Positions 11,411 through 23,660 of a stretch of DNA of 64,000 nucleotides are shown here, piece after piece (within the stretch, counting starts at the first letter, position 1; each line of letters begins with the position of its first letter). The DNA comes from Rhizophagus irregularis (taxonomy: Eukaryota). A model generated the notes under the pieces. It was not told where the DNA came from, did no database searches, and saw only the letters and a program-made list of their open reading frames with translations. The DNA lies in contig NC_089429.1 of NCBI RefSeq assembly GCF_026210795.1, positions 1,178,001 through 1,242,000 on the forward strand, in the 5' to 3' direction. Both the position numbers and the translations under genes were made by a program.

Positions 11411-13544
11411 GAGAGATTTAAATTTATTATAGCTGGTTATTATGTATCTTATCCCAAATTTACTATATGGTCTGATCGCGGGATCACGACTTAAATAAAT
11501 TAACTAGAATATGCGATTTACCGGGGACTCTGTCCCTCCAAGTTTCCCAAACATAATATTTATTTTTATAATTTAAATTTTCTTAATTCCTTTAAATTAT
11601 TTTTATTTTATTTAGAGTTCTTTTTTGATAATCAGTGTTTCAGGGTGTCCCTTTTTCTTTTTGATATAGTTAAAAACAATGATTGCATTTACCATTATGT
11701 AAAGCTAGACATTCCTTATGGAAACCACGCCCATAAAGAAATGTTCCTATCATAGGAATTTTTAATATCTTAATTCCTAATATGGCCATCATAATTATGT
11801 ATATTAAGACAATTTTCATAAGAATCTTCAATCAAAAATTGTTTCCATAATTCATTTTTATTCATAATAACATTTATCATTTGATTTATAAAATGATTAT
11901 TAAATTTTTCAATAATTAAAGTCAATTCCCTTAGGATATGTATCAAAATAGTATGGTATTTTTAAAATATTAGGATAAAATGATATGTGTTTCTAATAAT
12001 GATGATTTAGTACGACAATGAATGTTATAATAACCAATAATATTTAAAACAATTCTTTTTCTAAAACCAATCTTAGTAAAAAAGAAAAAAAATAAAGTTA
12101 TCGCTCGTAAGTATTCCATATCGAATGAATCGTAAACCTATGACCAACCGCCATCCAACCATCAAATAGTATTTACATTATTATTATTTTTTTTTTTACT
12201 GAAATATAGGATATAAAAATCTAAAAACAATACTAGATGCTATAGATACTGGTATGTAGTCATATAATCTTTTTCCGTTCTAATTTTTTGCTTTTAAATT
12301 TTTCTTTTCTTATTTTTCTTCTTTTCTTTAGCATTAATTAATTACTTATTATTTTTTTTTTTGTCATTTGAGTTCGGTCAGGGGATTGTGGACGATACCG
12401 AAGTAACCTGGATGGACTTGTTGCAGCAAATCGGCAAGTACGGGGTTTTTTCCTTTTTTTTTCTTTTTAGCGATAATTATTTAATAATCAATTTTATTAT
12501 TTAAAAATAAAAATTTTTTAAAAGTAATTCAATATTTTCTGAATCGGTCAGGGATTTGTGGATGACATTGGGTTGGCGTGCCATGGCAAAATCGCCAGGT
12601 ACAGGTTTTTTTTCCCAAATTATCAGTTATATTATAATTTTAATGATTTTTTCAATAATTTAGGGGAAGAAAAGGAATAGTTATTTTAGCTCAAACCATA
12701 TGGAATTTTTAGAACTTGTTTATTTTAATTTTATAGAATGTTACACGATTCTGGCTGTTAAAGCAAAGAGGTTGTCGGCATAATTTCATTATATTTTCAA
12801 TGACGTCATAATTCTTTTTAATCAAGATATTTGATATAAAGTCTTTCAAAAAAGAACCAAGCATTGATTTATTGATTTTCTAAATAATTTATAACTTGGA
12901 AAAATGGAAAATTAAAATAATTTAATTTAGCATTAAAAAGTTTATGTTTCGGTACATTTCTCAATATAACGAACTCAATGACTAAAATAAATTAAAATGT
13001 TCTTATCAGGTTAGTATTTTTATATTTTTTAAATTATTATTTAAATTAAACCTAACTTTCAATTACTTTGAGTTTAATTGGATAAAGAAAGCGGATGAGC
13101 AAGGGTATAATATTAAAATATTGCTTCTAATTTGCTTTACTCACATATTTAATAATAGAAAAAATATACATGATTCATCATTTACTTCAAGAGTCTAAAT
13201 AAACAAAGCTCATGACTGAATCAAAATCAAAAAATATATGTGCCAGTTTCAGTATTAACCGGTTATGTTATGAATATCCAAAATCTGGTTATTTCACTTG
13301 TATGTAATTGTGATCTCAAAAATTTGAAGCTTTAATAATTGTTTTATTTTAATATGGTTATACTTCATTTATTTATTTTGTATACATGTAGTCATAATTG
13401 TACTCAAATTAAAGAAAATATCGATAAAATTATTAATTATTGTTCGAATTGCCATATTCTTCATGTACAGATATGTTATAAATATTTTATCTTGTGAAAA
13501 TTGTGAAATCAATCTATATAAATTATTTTCGTGACAAATACAAA

Positions 13545-16043
13545 TTAAATAAGCTCAATTATGTTCAACAATTCATCATCTGAATTATCAACTTTAATAT
13601 ATTTTCCTATTTTAGTTAAAAAAAAAATATATTATAAAATTGTTGAAGTGAAATACTATAGACATTATTTATTTTGTGCGTAAATAAATGTTTTACTTAC
13701 TATTTCTTTGATTTTCATTCGTTTCGTCCTTTAATTCTTCAAAATTACGTTTTCTTGAAGAATTTACAGGTACAATTAAGTTTTGAGTGGCGGAATTTGT
13801 ATTTTGTGTGGATGATCTAAAAAAATATACCATATAATTATTTATTTTATATTATTAACTAGTTATATATATTTATATACTACCTTTGAATATTATTTAT
13901 ATCAAATTCATATTCTCGTGTAATATATTCTAAAAATTAATAAAAGCCATTTAAGTTAATATAAATTCAAAAGAAGTGAATTCAATTATTATCATCTGAC
14001 CGTCTAATTAACGTTTCAAGTTTTTTCATTAATAGTAAATTATACTATACCTTGTTTCATATTAAATGAAACCATTGAACCTATAGTTGAAGCTTTAGAA
14101 ATCAAATTACTTAATGCTCTACTTGTATAAATTGCTTTTGGATGAGACTTTTCACTAAATTCTGGTCCAAGTTTCTTTAATTGTATTAATTCCAATCTTT
14201 TTTTTTCAGCTTGTTCAAATTCCACAATAGCATCACAATATAAAAGAGAATTCGAGATTTCATAAATAGTTGGTCTTTTTGAAGGATTAGAATCCCAACA
14301 TTTTTTCATTAAATCGTCATAACATTCAGGAGTATCTTTCGTAATTTTAGGTCGTTCTCCATCAAGAATTTTAAAGATGAGATTATGGTCATGTTCAACA
14401 TTTGCAAAAGGTTTACAACCTGTTGTAACTTCCCACATAATCATACCGAAACTATATATATCAGATTCTTTTGAAAATGCAGCACCTTTAAATATTTCTG
14501 GTGCAATATAAGGTATTACTCCATATATTTCATTATTTGATAATGTATTATTTGCAGGTTGTGATAATCCTAAGTCTCCAACTTTCCAATATTCAGATAA
14601 TAACATATTTCCACTATGAATATCTCGATGTATAAAATTCTTACTATGAATACTTTCGAGTCTAAATACAAAATTTAGTAGTTAATAAATTTTGTAAATA
14701 TAGTTAATAATACTGTATATAGTTAATAATAATAAATATACAATAATAAATACCCGATTAATATTCCTCGTAAAATAAACAATTTATTGTTCCATGTAAT
14801 ATTTATAAAGTTCTTTTGCAAATAATCATGCAAATTTCCACCTTCTGCATAATTCAATATTAACATATATTCTTTTGTTATAGGATCTTGTGTAAAGCCA
14901 TAACAGCCAATAACCCATTCATTGCCATCATTACATTGATAAAGTGATCTTAACTAAAGTATAAATAAATCAATTAATACAGTATCATTAAAGAATATAA
15001 AATGTAAATATTACCTCATTTAAAAAGTATTTACTGATATTTTGTGAATCATGTAATTTTTTTACAGCAACATCAATTCCTTCCCAAGTCGCTTTATAAA
15101 TAATGCTGAATCCTCCCTCCGCTATTTTCTTTAAATCCGTAATTTGAGAATATGGAATCCATTTTACTTCTTCTATTTCTTTTATTGTTTTTTTATGTAG
15201 ACTTAAACGAAGATTTTTATTAATAAACGAATAAAGACCAGATGGATAACCAATCGTGTTTCTGTTCTTATAATTACCAATAAGATGGAGATTCTTATTG
15301 TCAATTCTTATAGAAGCAAGAAATTCTTCTATAATGTAATTTCTATCTGTAATGTCAATTCTAATGAATGAAGTTCTTTTGCATTTCTTACATTGAGATT
15401 GATCCGTAATTCCAAAAATCATATTTGTTGTTAAACAATACCTACATCCATTATAAACTATAAAACAATGTGAACACCATTTTTGACAATAAGATTTTGA
15501 CTCTTGATATATATATTTTAGTTCTTCATAACAAACTATACACTGGCTATAACTATCCCACCATGGTAAATATAAAATCAGAATAGACTTTTTATTCAAA
15601 GTTGATTCTACCCATCCAGAAGAAACCTGATAAATTGATAACCGCCTGTAATTACAAAGTTCGCAGTGTTCAACATTAAAAATGTGCCAACAATATATAT
15701 TTCTTGTTACTACTTGTGTAAAATATAAAATCTCAGAGCAATATTCACACCATTCTTGAATGCTTGTTGTATAAAAATCTTTTCTAGTTGTTTTATGTTT
15801 AATACACTGAGAATTATTTGTGCTTAAATGTACATTCAAGTATTTATTATTGACTGTTATATTTTGAATATAACGAAATAAACAATTTTTGCAATATTTT
15901 TGGTTATACTTAAGTGATTTGGAGTATTCAGTTCCACAATGATTACATTTGTCCTCATTGTCTTTAAGAGGAATAAATAAAACAGGTACAGGACTAGATT
16001 TTAACTTTTGCGTAGTATCAAATGGATCATTATCTGTGTTCAT
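13545..16043 (-). CDS. Tyrosine-kinase-like protein kinase with Cys-rich N-terminal region (spliced)
   Basis: GT-AG exons by hand: 16043-15015, 14953-14754, 14661-14051, 13929-13884, 13816-13701, 13606-13545. Motifs IAEGGFSIIY, VAVKKL, HRDIHSGN, DLG, YIAPE, SDIYSFG, CWDSNPSKRP. The last three small exons are less certain. Confidence 0.85.
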
Positions 16044-16332
16044 AATGTTGTATTTCAAGAAAATAGTTTATAAAAGTTAAATGCAAAGAATTATAAAGCA
16101 ATATTTATATTTATTATGAGAATTGAGAATTCAATAACAAAGCGAAATTCTACAGGACTTTTCTTTAAAGATATTCTATATAGAAATTCTATAATTATGC
16201 ATGTTGAAAATCATGCAGAAGATTTCGCAGTTTTAATTCTCCGTCAATAAAGTATTATTTTGTAAACCTGTACTACCAATCTGAATTAGAAAATTTGTTG
16301 ACGATCAATTTGACCCAGAAATTAAAAATCTG

Positions 16333-17100
16333 TTTTATTTTTATTTTTATTTTTATTTTTTTTTTTGACGATGAACTCAAAAAATTCATTTGATAATCAA
16401 GTAACGATAAAAAACTTTTCTTAATAAACTAAAACGTGTTGTTTCATCAACTCTGATTATCAGAATATGGGCTGCATCGTTTTCGGAAATATTGAATACG
16501 TGGGCTTTGGGAAGTAAACCCTGCTGTTGCAATTTACTCCATCCTAATAAGGCAAGAATCATTCCGATATTTGATTTCCTACTGTAAGATCTAAGCCCGT
16601 AATAAATTACGTTTGCCACCTTAGGCTTAGCAAAATAATTCTTTATTAATAATATAAATAAATACAAATATATGCTTGGTTTAACAATACTAAATATATC
16701 CTAAATAATTATTCAAATAAATCCCCAAATTCGTATCTGAATTTTCACAAACTCAAAATTTACCCCTATTTATATTAAATCTAAAAATACTTTCTCTAAG
16801 AAACATCCTGCGCCTCTTATATCTTTTTTAGTTGAAAACCTGAAAATTTTAGATCTTTCACATCTTAACTTCAATCGAACCGCACACTTTAATACTTTGC
16901 ATTTTTCATGTTTTTGAAATTTTGAATTTTTCTTTCGTTTTTGATCTTCAAATCTCCTCCTTAAATGGTAAATATCCTAATTATAGTTCTCTAAATGATC
17001 TACAATTCAAATCACATTAACATCTTTTCGTACATAATCACCTGATTTCCTAGTTTAACGACGTTACATTTGTAACGTCATACAATTTTAAACTACTAAA
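16333..17100 (-). mobile_element. Probable 3' end of a decayed non-LTR retroelement
   Basis: (TTTTTA)n plus poly-T at 16333-16366 resembles the A-rich tails of other insertions here; a GC-richer UTR-like stretch follows. No convincing TSD found and the 5' boundary is uncertain. Confidence 0.3.
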
Positions 17101-18229
17101 AAATTTAGACACTAATTCTAAATATAATACTGCGCCCATAATTAATAAATTTACTAGGTATATTACGGCATTACACTACTAAATTATTATTAAGTTCTTA
17201 AGTCTTTAAATTAAAAAAAAAAGTCTTAATAATTATCAAATACAATTTAATAAAAGCAAATACATTTAATTTATTAACAATTTCTGTAAAAATTTATTTA
17301 TTTTCTTTTATCAGTTATTACTATTGTTAAATTTCAAGGATAATTAAATTTGTGATTATTATTATACGAAATTATGTGAAATTTTGATATTGTCGTTTAC
17401 TGTATTTACAGATGAATACTTTTTAGAAGATTATAACCTTTCAAATAACATAAAAATCTTATTTCTTATTTAAAAACAGAAGAATTTAATAGAAAACGAT
17501 TGTGATTTTATATCTCAATACAAGCTTTGAATATAATTTGCTCTTGGTACTTCAATAATATATTGTGCTATGAAAGATATTTAAAAATTAAGTTTTGCAA
17601 AAAACTTTTGGTCTGTCGTGTTTGAAAACAAGGAATAAGGATCAGTATTCGAACGAGTTATCATTCTTATTATTGAGTTATCAATAATAAGATTCCATAA
17701 TTAGGAAATATACCCTGTAAGAAAACTTATAATAAAATATGGATGATTTTTTAACCAATTAAAAAATATGTACCTATGTTATAATAATAATTAATCTCAA
17801 CTCATAATTTTGATTTTTTCTCTGTACAACGCTTAAATTAATAAGAACGTAAGGAAAAGTAAGTTTCGGAATGATAATATACAAAAGAAGCTAACTTCAC
17901 CTGGTCGATTAAATCTCAGCCATGATGAATGAACAAGCTTATCAAACGTGAATCTTCAAACAAATTTATTAAAAGTGATGAGTTTTGTAAAAAAATTTAT
18001 TTATAATAATAATATTATTAGTATTCTAAATGACAGAAATCTTATTATGAACTGTAATTAATAGTATTTTGTTTTTGGTTTCAATTATAGAATTTTCTTC
18101 TGTAAATCCATGTAGTATTAAAGGATATTTTAATAAACTATATTATAATCCATGAAACAATTAGATACTGAATCAGTCTGTCTTTAATATTATTCCTTTA
18201 ATTTTTTTTTTGATAATAGTAAATAAACC

Positions 18230-18773
18230 CTTTGCCGGGTTTATTTTGTAAACTCCCTCAGTTTCTTCATATAGAAAGGCATCAGCGCAAGCGTCTAATG
18301 TCGAAACGGTGGACAAAAAAATGTATGATTATGAGCGTGATGTTTTATATTCTATACTAGTGGGTTTTCTAATGTAGACAATTTGCTGCTATTGTTGATT
18401 GTAATTGTTGGGGTTCATATTTACCAATAAATTTTGAAGAATACTATTTTCCGTTAGACTTTTTTTTCCGCAAATTTAGATAACAATTCCGGTGAATAAA
18501 ATTTTGAAGTTCTGTTGATTGAAAATAATTTGCAGCGTAAAAAGCTTCAATCATATTATCTTTTGTTGAAGATTCTTCTCTATTTAATCCTGTATAAATA
18601 AATATATTCTAATACGATCTCCATTCCAATCGAATTAATCTCCGGTAAAGAAATGATCTTGCTGCTAAAATTGCTCCGCAACCATATAACTTCTTTTCAT
18701 CCTCATATACTATACTTTGGGATTGTTTATTGAAAATCTTAAAATCTTGTTCTAATGAATTTCCTTTCGTCAT
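18230..18773 (-). pseudogene. BTB/POZ domain protein pseudogene
   Basis: ATG at 18773 reads MTKGNSLEQDFK..., EDEKKLYGCGAILAARS, LPEINSIGMEIVLEYIY, DNMIEAF/YAANYFQ, with frameshifts; typical BTB motifs (ILAARS, LEYIYTG, AAxYFQ). Confidence 0.7.
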
Positions 18774-18919
18774 TATTGCTTAAAAAAATTTTTTCCAACG
18801 AAGCCTCATTTATGCAACAAGAATTTGTACTAACCATATGGAAAATAATTTTTCCGCGCCTTTTATGATAACTACAAAATTAAAGATATATATTGAAATG
18901 AATTGCATCTACAAACTTA

Positions 18920-19596
18920 CCCTATAAAAAATAAGTGTCCGGAAATTGTCCAGATATTGTCCGGAAAATTTGTCTAAATAATTGTCCGGAAAATGTCCAG
19001 AAAATGCCAGGTACCATGTCCGGAAATTGTTCCGAAAACACACTCGTTTCCGGACACTCATTTTGTCCAGAATTTGTCCGGAAATTGACCTGAAATATTT
19101 TTTCATAAAATTTGGCACAAAAAGATGATCAACAGGTGACCATCATTATAATTGCTTTTAACTTAAAGTTTTATATCATAGATATATAGTATTTTTGCCT
19201 GCTCAGCAAATTTAATTAGTATGACAAAGAAGGTTATGAATGTCAGTCTTGTGCTTTTTGCATTTTTTTACAAAATTAATTTATCCTTTTTTGGAATTAG
19301 CGTCCAGAATTTGTCCAGAATTTTTTCATGTCCGGAATTTGTCCAGCTCAAATTATCTGAATTTTTACTATGTCCGGAATTTGTCCAGGTTTATCTGTCC
19401 GGAATTTGTCCAAAATTTTATACTGGACAAATTCTGGATATATTCTGGACAAAGTCCGGATATGTCAAAATTTTAGGTGTCAAATTTGTAGCAAAAAATA
19501 GACATTTTCCGGACAATTTCTGGACATGCCAGATTTATTCTGGACAATTTCCGAACATTTTCGTAGACATTTTCCGGACATTTATTTTTTATAGGG
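18920..19596. mobile_element. Non-autonomous TIR element (CCCTATAAAA termini, 3-bp TSD; CMC/CACTA-like or PIF/Harbinger-like)
   Basis: TIR CCCTATAAAAAATAA(G/A)TGTCCGGAAA at both ends; TSD TTA at 18917-18919 and 19597-19599; many subterminal TGTCC(G/A)GAA repeats in both orientations. Confidence 0.85.
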
Positions 19597-20309
19597 TTAA
19601 TGAAGTTTATTGTAAAAACATTTTTTTTTAAAAGAAAGGTCTTAATGTTATGGTCAACTTACAATTTCATTTATTGGGTGATACTTTATAATATAAATGT
19701 TTTTATTTCTGAATTGTGGCATGTAAGGCTCTTTCAATAGTTATTTTTTATGGTTAATCTTTATTTTCGTTAATCCTATTTTTGTTATTTCTTAATTATT
19801 TTTTGTTCTTTATTTTCTTATTTTTTTCGGTTGTTAGATATTATATTTTATTTCACGGGTAAATTTTTTTTTTTTTTGAGGCTGAGAGGGCTGAGTTTTT
19901 TTGTAATTATCATCTATTTTCAGATAATAATACATTAAATTGATTATATTTGATCATGCGATCATGCATATTTGTATTTCTAAGCAGTCCAGATAATTTA
20001 ACTCTCCGCTGTATTTAAGGCAAAAAATAATGATTGTAAACTAACCGATATGGAAATTTACTCTAAATCAGAGTTACAGTAGTAAAGATGACTCATATAT
20101 CAAATAAACTATTAGTCATGATTGATAACAATATTCATTCACAATAGAATATAACATTGTAGACTTATATCATGTGATAAGAAAATAATATAAAAAGGTA
20201 CACCTTCCTAACAAAAAAAGCCACTATCTAATAAAAAAAACTCTCCTAACAAAAAAAACAAATAATAATGTTGTTTCCGAGTTCTAAACTCTCCTATCAA
20301 AAAAAAAGA

Positions 20310-21120
20310 TGGCAGGACGGTCCATACGAACAACAAAAGGCTTTTATGGATAATAACGTTGCCTTCGACCTATGAAGAAAATAAACGTCAAAACCTACTC
20401 TCTAACAAATGTTATTGTTTACTGGAATTTTTAAAAGGTGGGTAATGAGTATTCTATCACCCACTGACCATAAGCCTTGACTGCACACCGCGAAAGCAAC
20501 GTGCGAAGGTTTATGAGGGCTGACCGAACGGCTTTAAAGGGTTGCAAATAGATGACTGGGGCCCATCGTACGAGAACCCACCCCAAGGTTATATCTTTGA
20601 AAGTGGAGCCTTAGTTAAGGTACCTGAATATAAGTCATCAGGTTCAAATTCACCGTCTTAAAGATATAGTAGTTGGCTGACAAGTGCTCTGGAGTCACTC
20701 TTGCAAAGGATCTGATGGTCATAATAGAGGATATAGATGGTGGTGAAGGATACCATGATATATATAGTCACTCCCGAAATGTATGCTTATCCCTAAGGTA
20801 ATTGGGTTATGGTGTATGGCTACTTGTCAAAATGGTCACTGTTTACAATACCATTTTGGTGTTCGATATTATGACCTGTCATAATGGAAGACATAGATAG
20901 TAGTGAAGGATACCATATATATAGTCACTCCCGAAATGTATGCTTATCCCTAAGGTAGTTGGGTTATGGTGTACAACCACTTGTCAAATTGGTCACTGTT
21001 TACGATACCATTTTGGTATTCACTATTATGGCCTGAAGTGAATGAGCTAGAACTAACATAAGGTTTCAATGCTAATTTATAGGGACCTGTAAAATGACAT
21101 GAGCGGAAAGAAACGCAACA
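20310..21120 (+). ncRNA. Candidate highly structured non-coding RNA or element leader, identity unknown
   Basis: Consecutive stem-loops, for example GTGGGT...ACCCAC (20438-20464), CATAAGCCTT...GCGAAAGC...AAGGTTTATG (20469-20515) and ATATCTTT...AAAGATAT (20591-20667); tandem ~160-nt domains; no ORF of 60 aa or more. Confidence 0.4.
20717..21034 (+). repeat. Two diverged tandem copies of a ~160-nt unit (20717-20877, 20878-21034)
   Basis: Identical core ATAGTCACTCCCGAAATGTATGCTTATCCCTAAGGTA in both copies; each unit starts GTCATAAT and ends ATTATG(A/G)C. Confidence 0.9.
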
Positions 21121-22146
21121 AAGAGAAAAATTAAATCGGTTCTTATTGCTTCGAATCTTTTCAGTCTACATTTTCATTATTCTATGTTACCACATAATTG
21201 ATTGACTGGAATTCTTTATCAGTATTTAAATGAAAATGGCCTCAAGTGACGTGACGCGACACATAAACACGTTATAAGTGTCAAAAACGAACAACTCTAG
21301 TTTTGAAGTTCTTGATTATGGATATCGAATGACAAAATAGTGTAGATTCCATTAATGTGCAAGATGATATCGATGTAACAGTTCAAATAGACGACCCACC
21401 ATCAAAATGACCACCCAACTATTTTAACATAGCGTTATAAGAAGACCAGCATACTGTATAATGAAGTCCGGCAAAAAAAAAAATAGAGATATATGAGACG
21501 GTATAATCTATAGCTGATAGTCAATAATCATGTATATTAGTGTAGAAAATTTAGCAAGGCGCCTTTTGGCCGTCGTGTATCACGGCTATGAGCCGAATCA
21601 TGTAATTTATTTACTACATCAATAAATAATTCATCCGAAGAGGCTACACATTGTATTATGAATATTTTTCGTGGGATATAGAGATGTATGGTGATAAAAA
21701 AAGTGAGACCTAAAGTCCCACTCGTCCTATATGAAAGTTGTAATCTGAATTTGATAAGTAATGTTGTATCTCAGGATAACGTAAATTATTCTCGAACTTT
21801 CTTGCATATACTCAAAGTTATACGTATAAAAAAAAAAGAGATCTTTGTATATGGGTAGCGTCAAAAATTTTTTATTATCAGATTTTCGTGATGCGGTGAT
21901 AGTGTAATTGACCATGGAATTTGGCGCAGTGTCATCCTGCTCAAATACTCGGGAACTTTCGGTATAAGGAATATGAATTCGGTGGCGCTGGTTTAAAAAG
22001 TTTAGATTCATAATGGAGTATCTATTTCGAGTAAACCTATCTTTAGATACCAAATTCTTTGATTCAATATTTCTAATCGTCTTTTGAATCAATTAAAAAA
22101 ATTATAAATATTATTAAAAAAAAAATTTTTTAGAATTATAACAAAA

Positions 22147-23330
22147 ATGGCCAGCAAAATTTTGGAAAATATTGTTAGTTTTTACCGTAAATATAATTTA
22201 AAAGTTAATGAAAATTCTTTTAATCCAACACCGAAATTAAAATCTAGCCCTGTACCAATTCTATTTATTCCATTTAATGAAAGTGAGAAAATATGTAATT
22301 TTTGTGAAAATAGATACTCTGAAAAAGTTACTTATATCAAAAATTTTGCAACCATTGCTAAATATGCTATTGAAGAATTTTAATGATGATGATGATGTTA
22401 TGATATACTTAGATGCATATATTGAATATGAAACACTAGCATTGAGTATGTTAAACATTTTAAACAAGTATATTCTAAATCTAATAAGAGTTGTTATAAG
22501 CCGTGTTCTTGTTGTTATAAATTTTTTTCCGAATGAGTAGGATCAACTTCACCAATTTCAAGTCAAAAATGGTGTTCATACTGCATTATAATTTATATTG
22601 AATGTAGATATTGTTTGATAACAAATATTATTTTTGATATACAACCCATAATTATGGGATTACTAATAATTATATTAATAATATCAACAAAAATTCTAAT
22701 CCGTTAAATATATATAGTTTTATTCGAGATAAGTTTGATTATCACTCTACAAACCAAAATTAAAATGGGTTTCGTATTCACAAATTAAAATTTTAAAAAT
22801 AATAGCAGAAGGAGGATTTGGTATTATTTATAAAGCTTTACGTTGTTGCTATAAAAAAAATTTTAAATTCTCAAGAACCAAATAAATATTTTTAAATGAG
22901 GTAATTAATTTTCAAAATTTGTTTTTTTTTAAAAATATATAAGAAAAAATTGCATATTTTGATGGCGAATTTTAGATGGGTATTTATAACTTAACGTTAA
23001 TTAATAATCATTTTAAATTATTTAAATAAAATTTTATTAATAAGCTTTAGACTTCAAACTATTCATGAAAAAGATTTCGTACATCGAGATTTTCATAGTG
23101 GAAATATATTGATTAAAAATAATTTATGTAAAATAGATCAATATCTAATTGAAAATTTAGGATTATCACGGCCTTCAAATGACATTCCACAAGATAGCAA
23201 TATATATGTAGTAATACCTTATATTGTACCAAAATATTTAAAGGCGTCAATTTTCTAAATCATCTGATATATATGGTGTGGGCATGATTATGTGGAAATT
23301 AACAACTGGTTGTAAACCTTTTGCTAATGC
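22147..23330 (+). pseudogene. Pseudogene of a Cys-rich TKL kinase (paralog of 13545-16043)
   Basis: FNPTPKLKSSPVPILFIPFN, QKWCSYC, CRYCL, IAEGGFGIIYKA, IHEKDFVHRDFHSGNILI, TTGCKPFAN, broken by frameshifts and deletions. Confidence 0.85.
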
Positions 23331-23660
23331 TGTATTTATTTTGAATTCAAAAGATATCACTATAATTAAATTCAAACAAATAATTCACTTGATTACGTGA
23401 TCTCAATCCTCATCATCATAATCAGATTCTAACGAAAAGTTCTCTTATTTTTACCCCTATCTTTATTAGATTTAAATGAATAATTCTCTTGATTATCAGT
23501 ACCCATGCGTTTAGCTACAAAAATTTATTGCAACGCTAAGAAAATTTTTAATAATATCTCAAAATGATAGATTACATTAACAAAAAATTGCGTATTAAAC
23601 AATTATATGGACATATAAAAGAAATTTTTAATTTTATTAATAATAATATGAGTACATAGT

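Noticed and set aside
18909..19631. Three overlapping ORFs and a CRISPR-like look of repeated TGTCCGGAA
   Set aside because: These are subterminal repeats of a TIR element with a TTA TSD; there is no constant repeat with unique spacers and no cas genes, and the DNA is eukaryotic.
20655..20775. AAGATATAGT / GATATATATAGTC resembling the group I intron S element
   Set aside because: No matching R (GACTA), P or Q elements found in the right order, and AAAGATAT is already paired in a local stem.
20786..20800. TATCCCTAAG as a telomerase RNA template
   Set aside because: It does not give the roughly 1.5 copies of CCCTAA needed to template TTAGGG.
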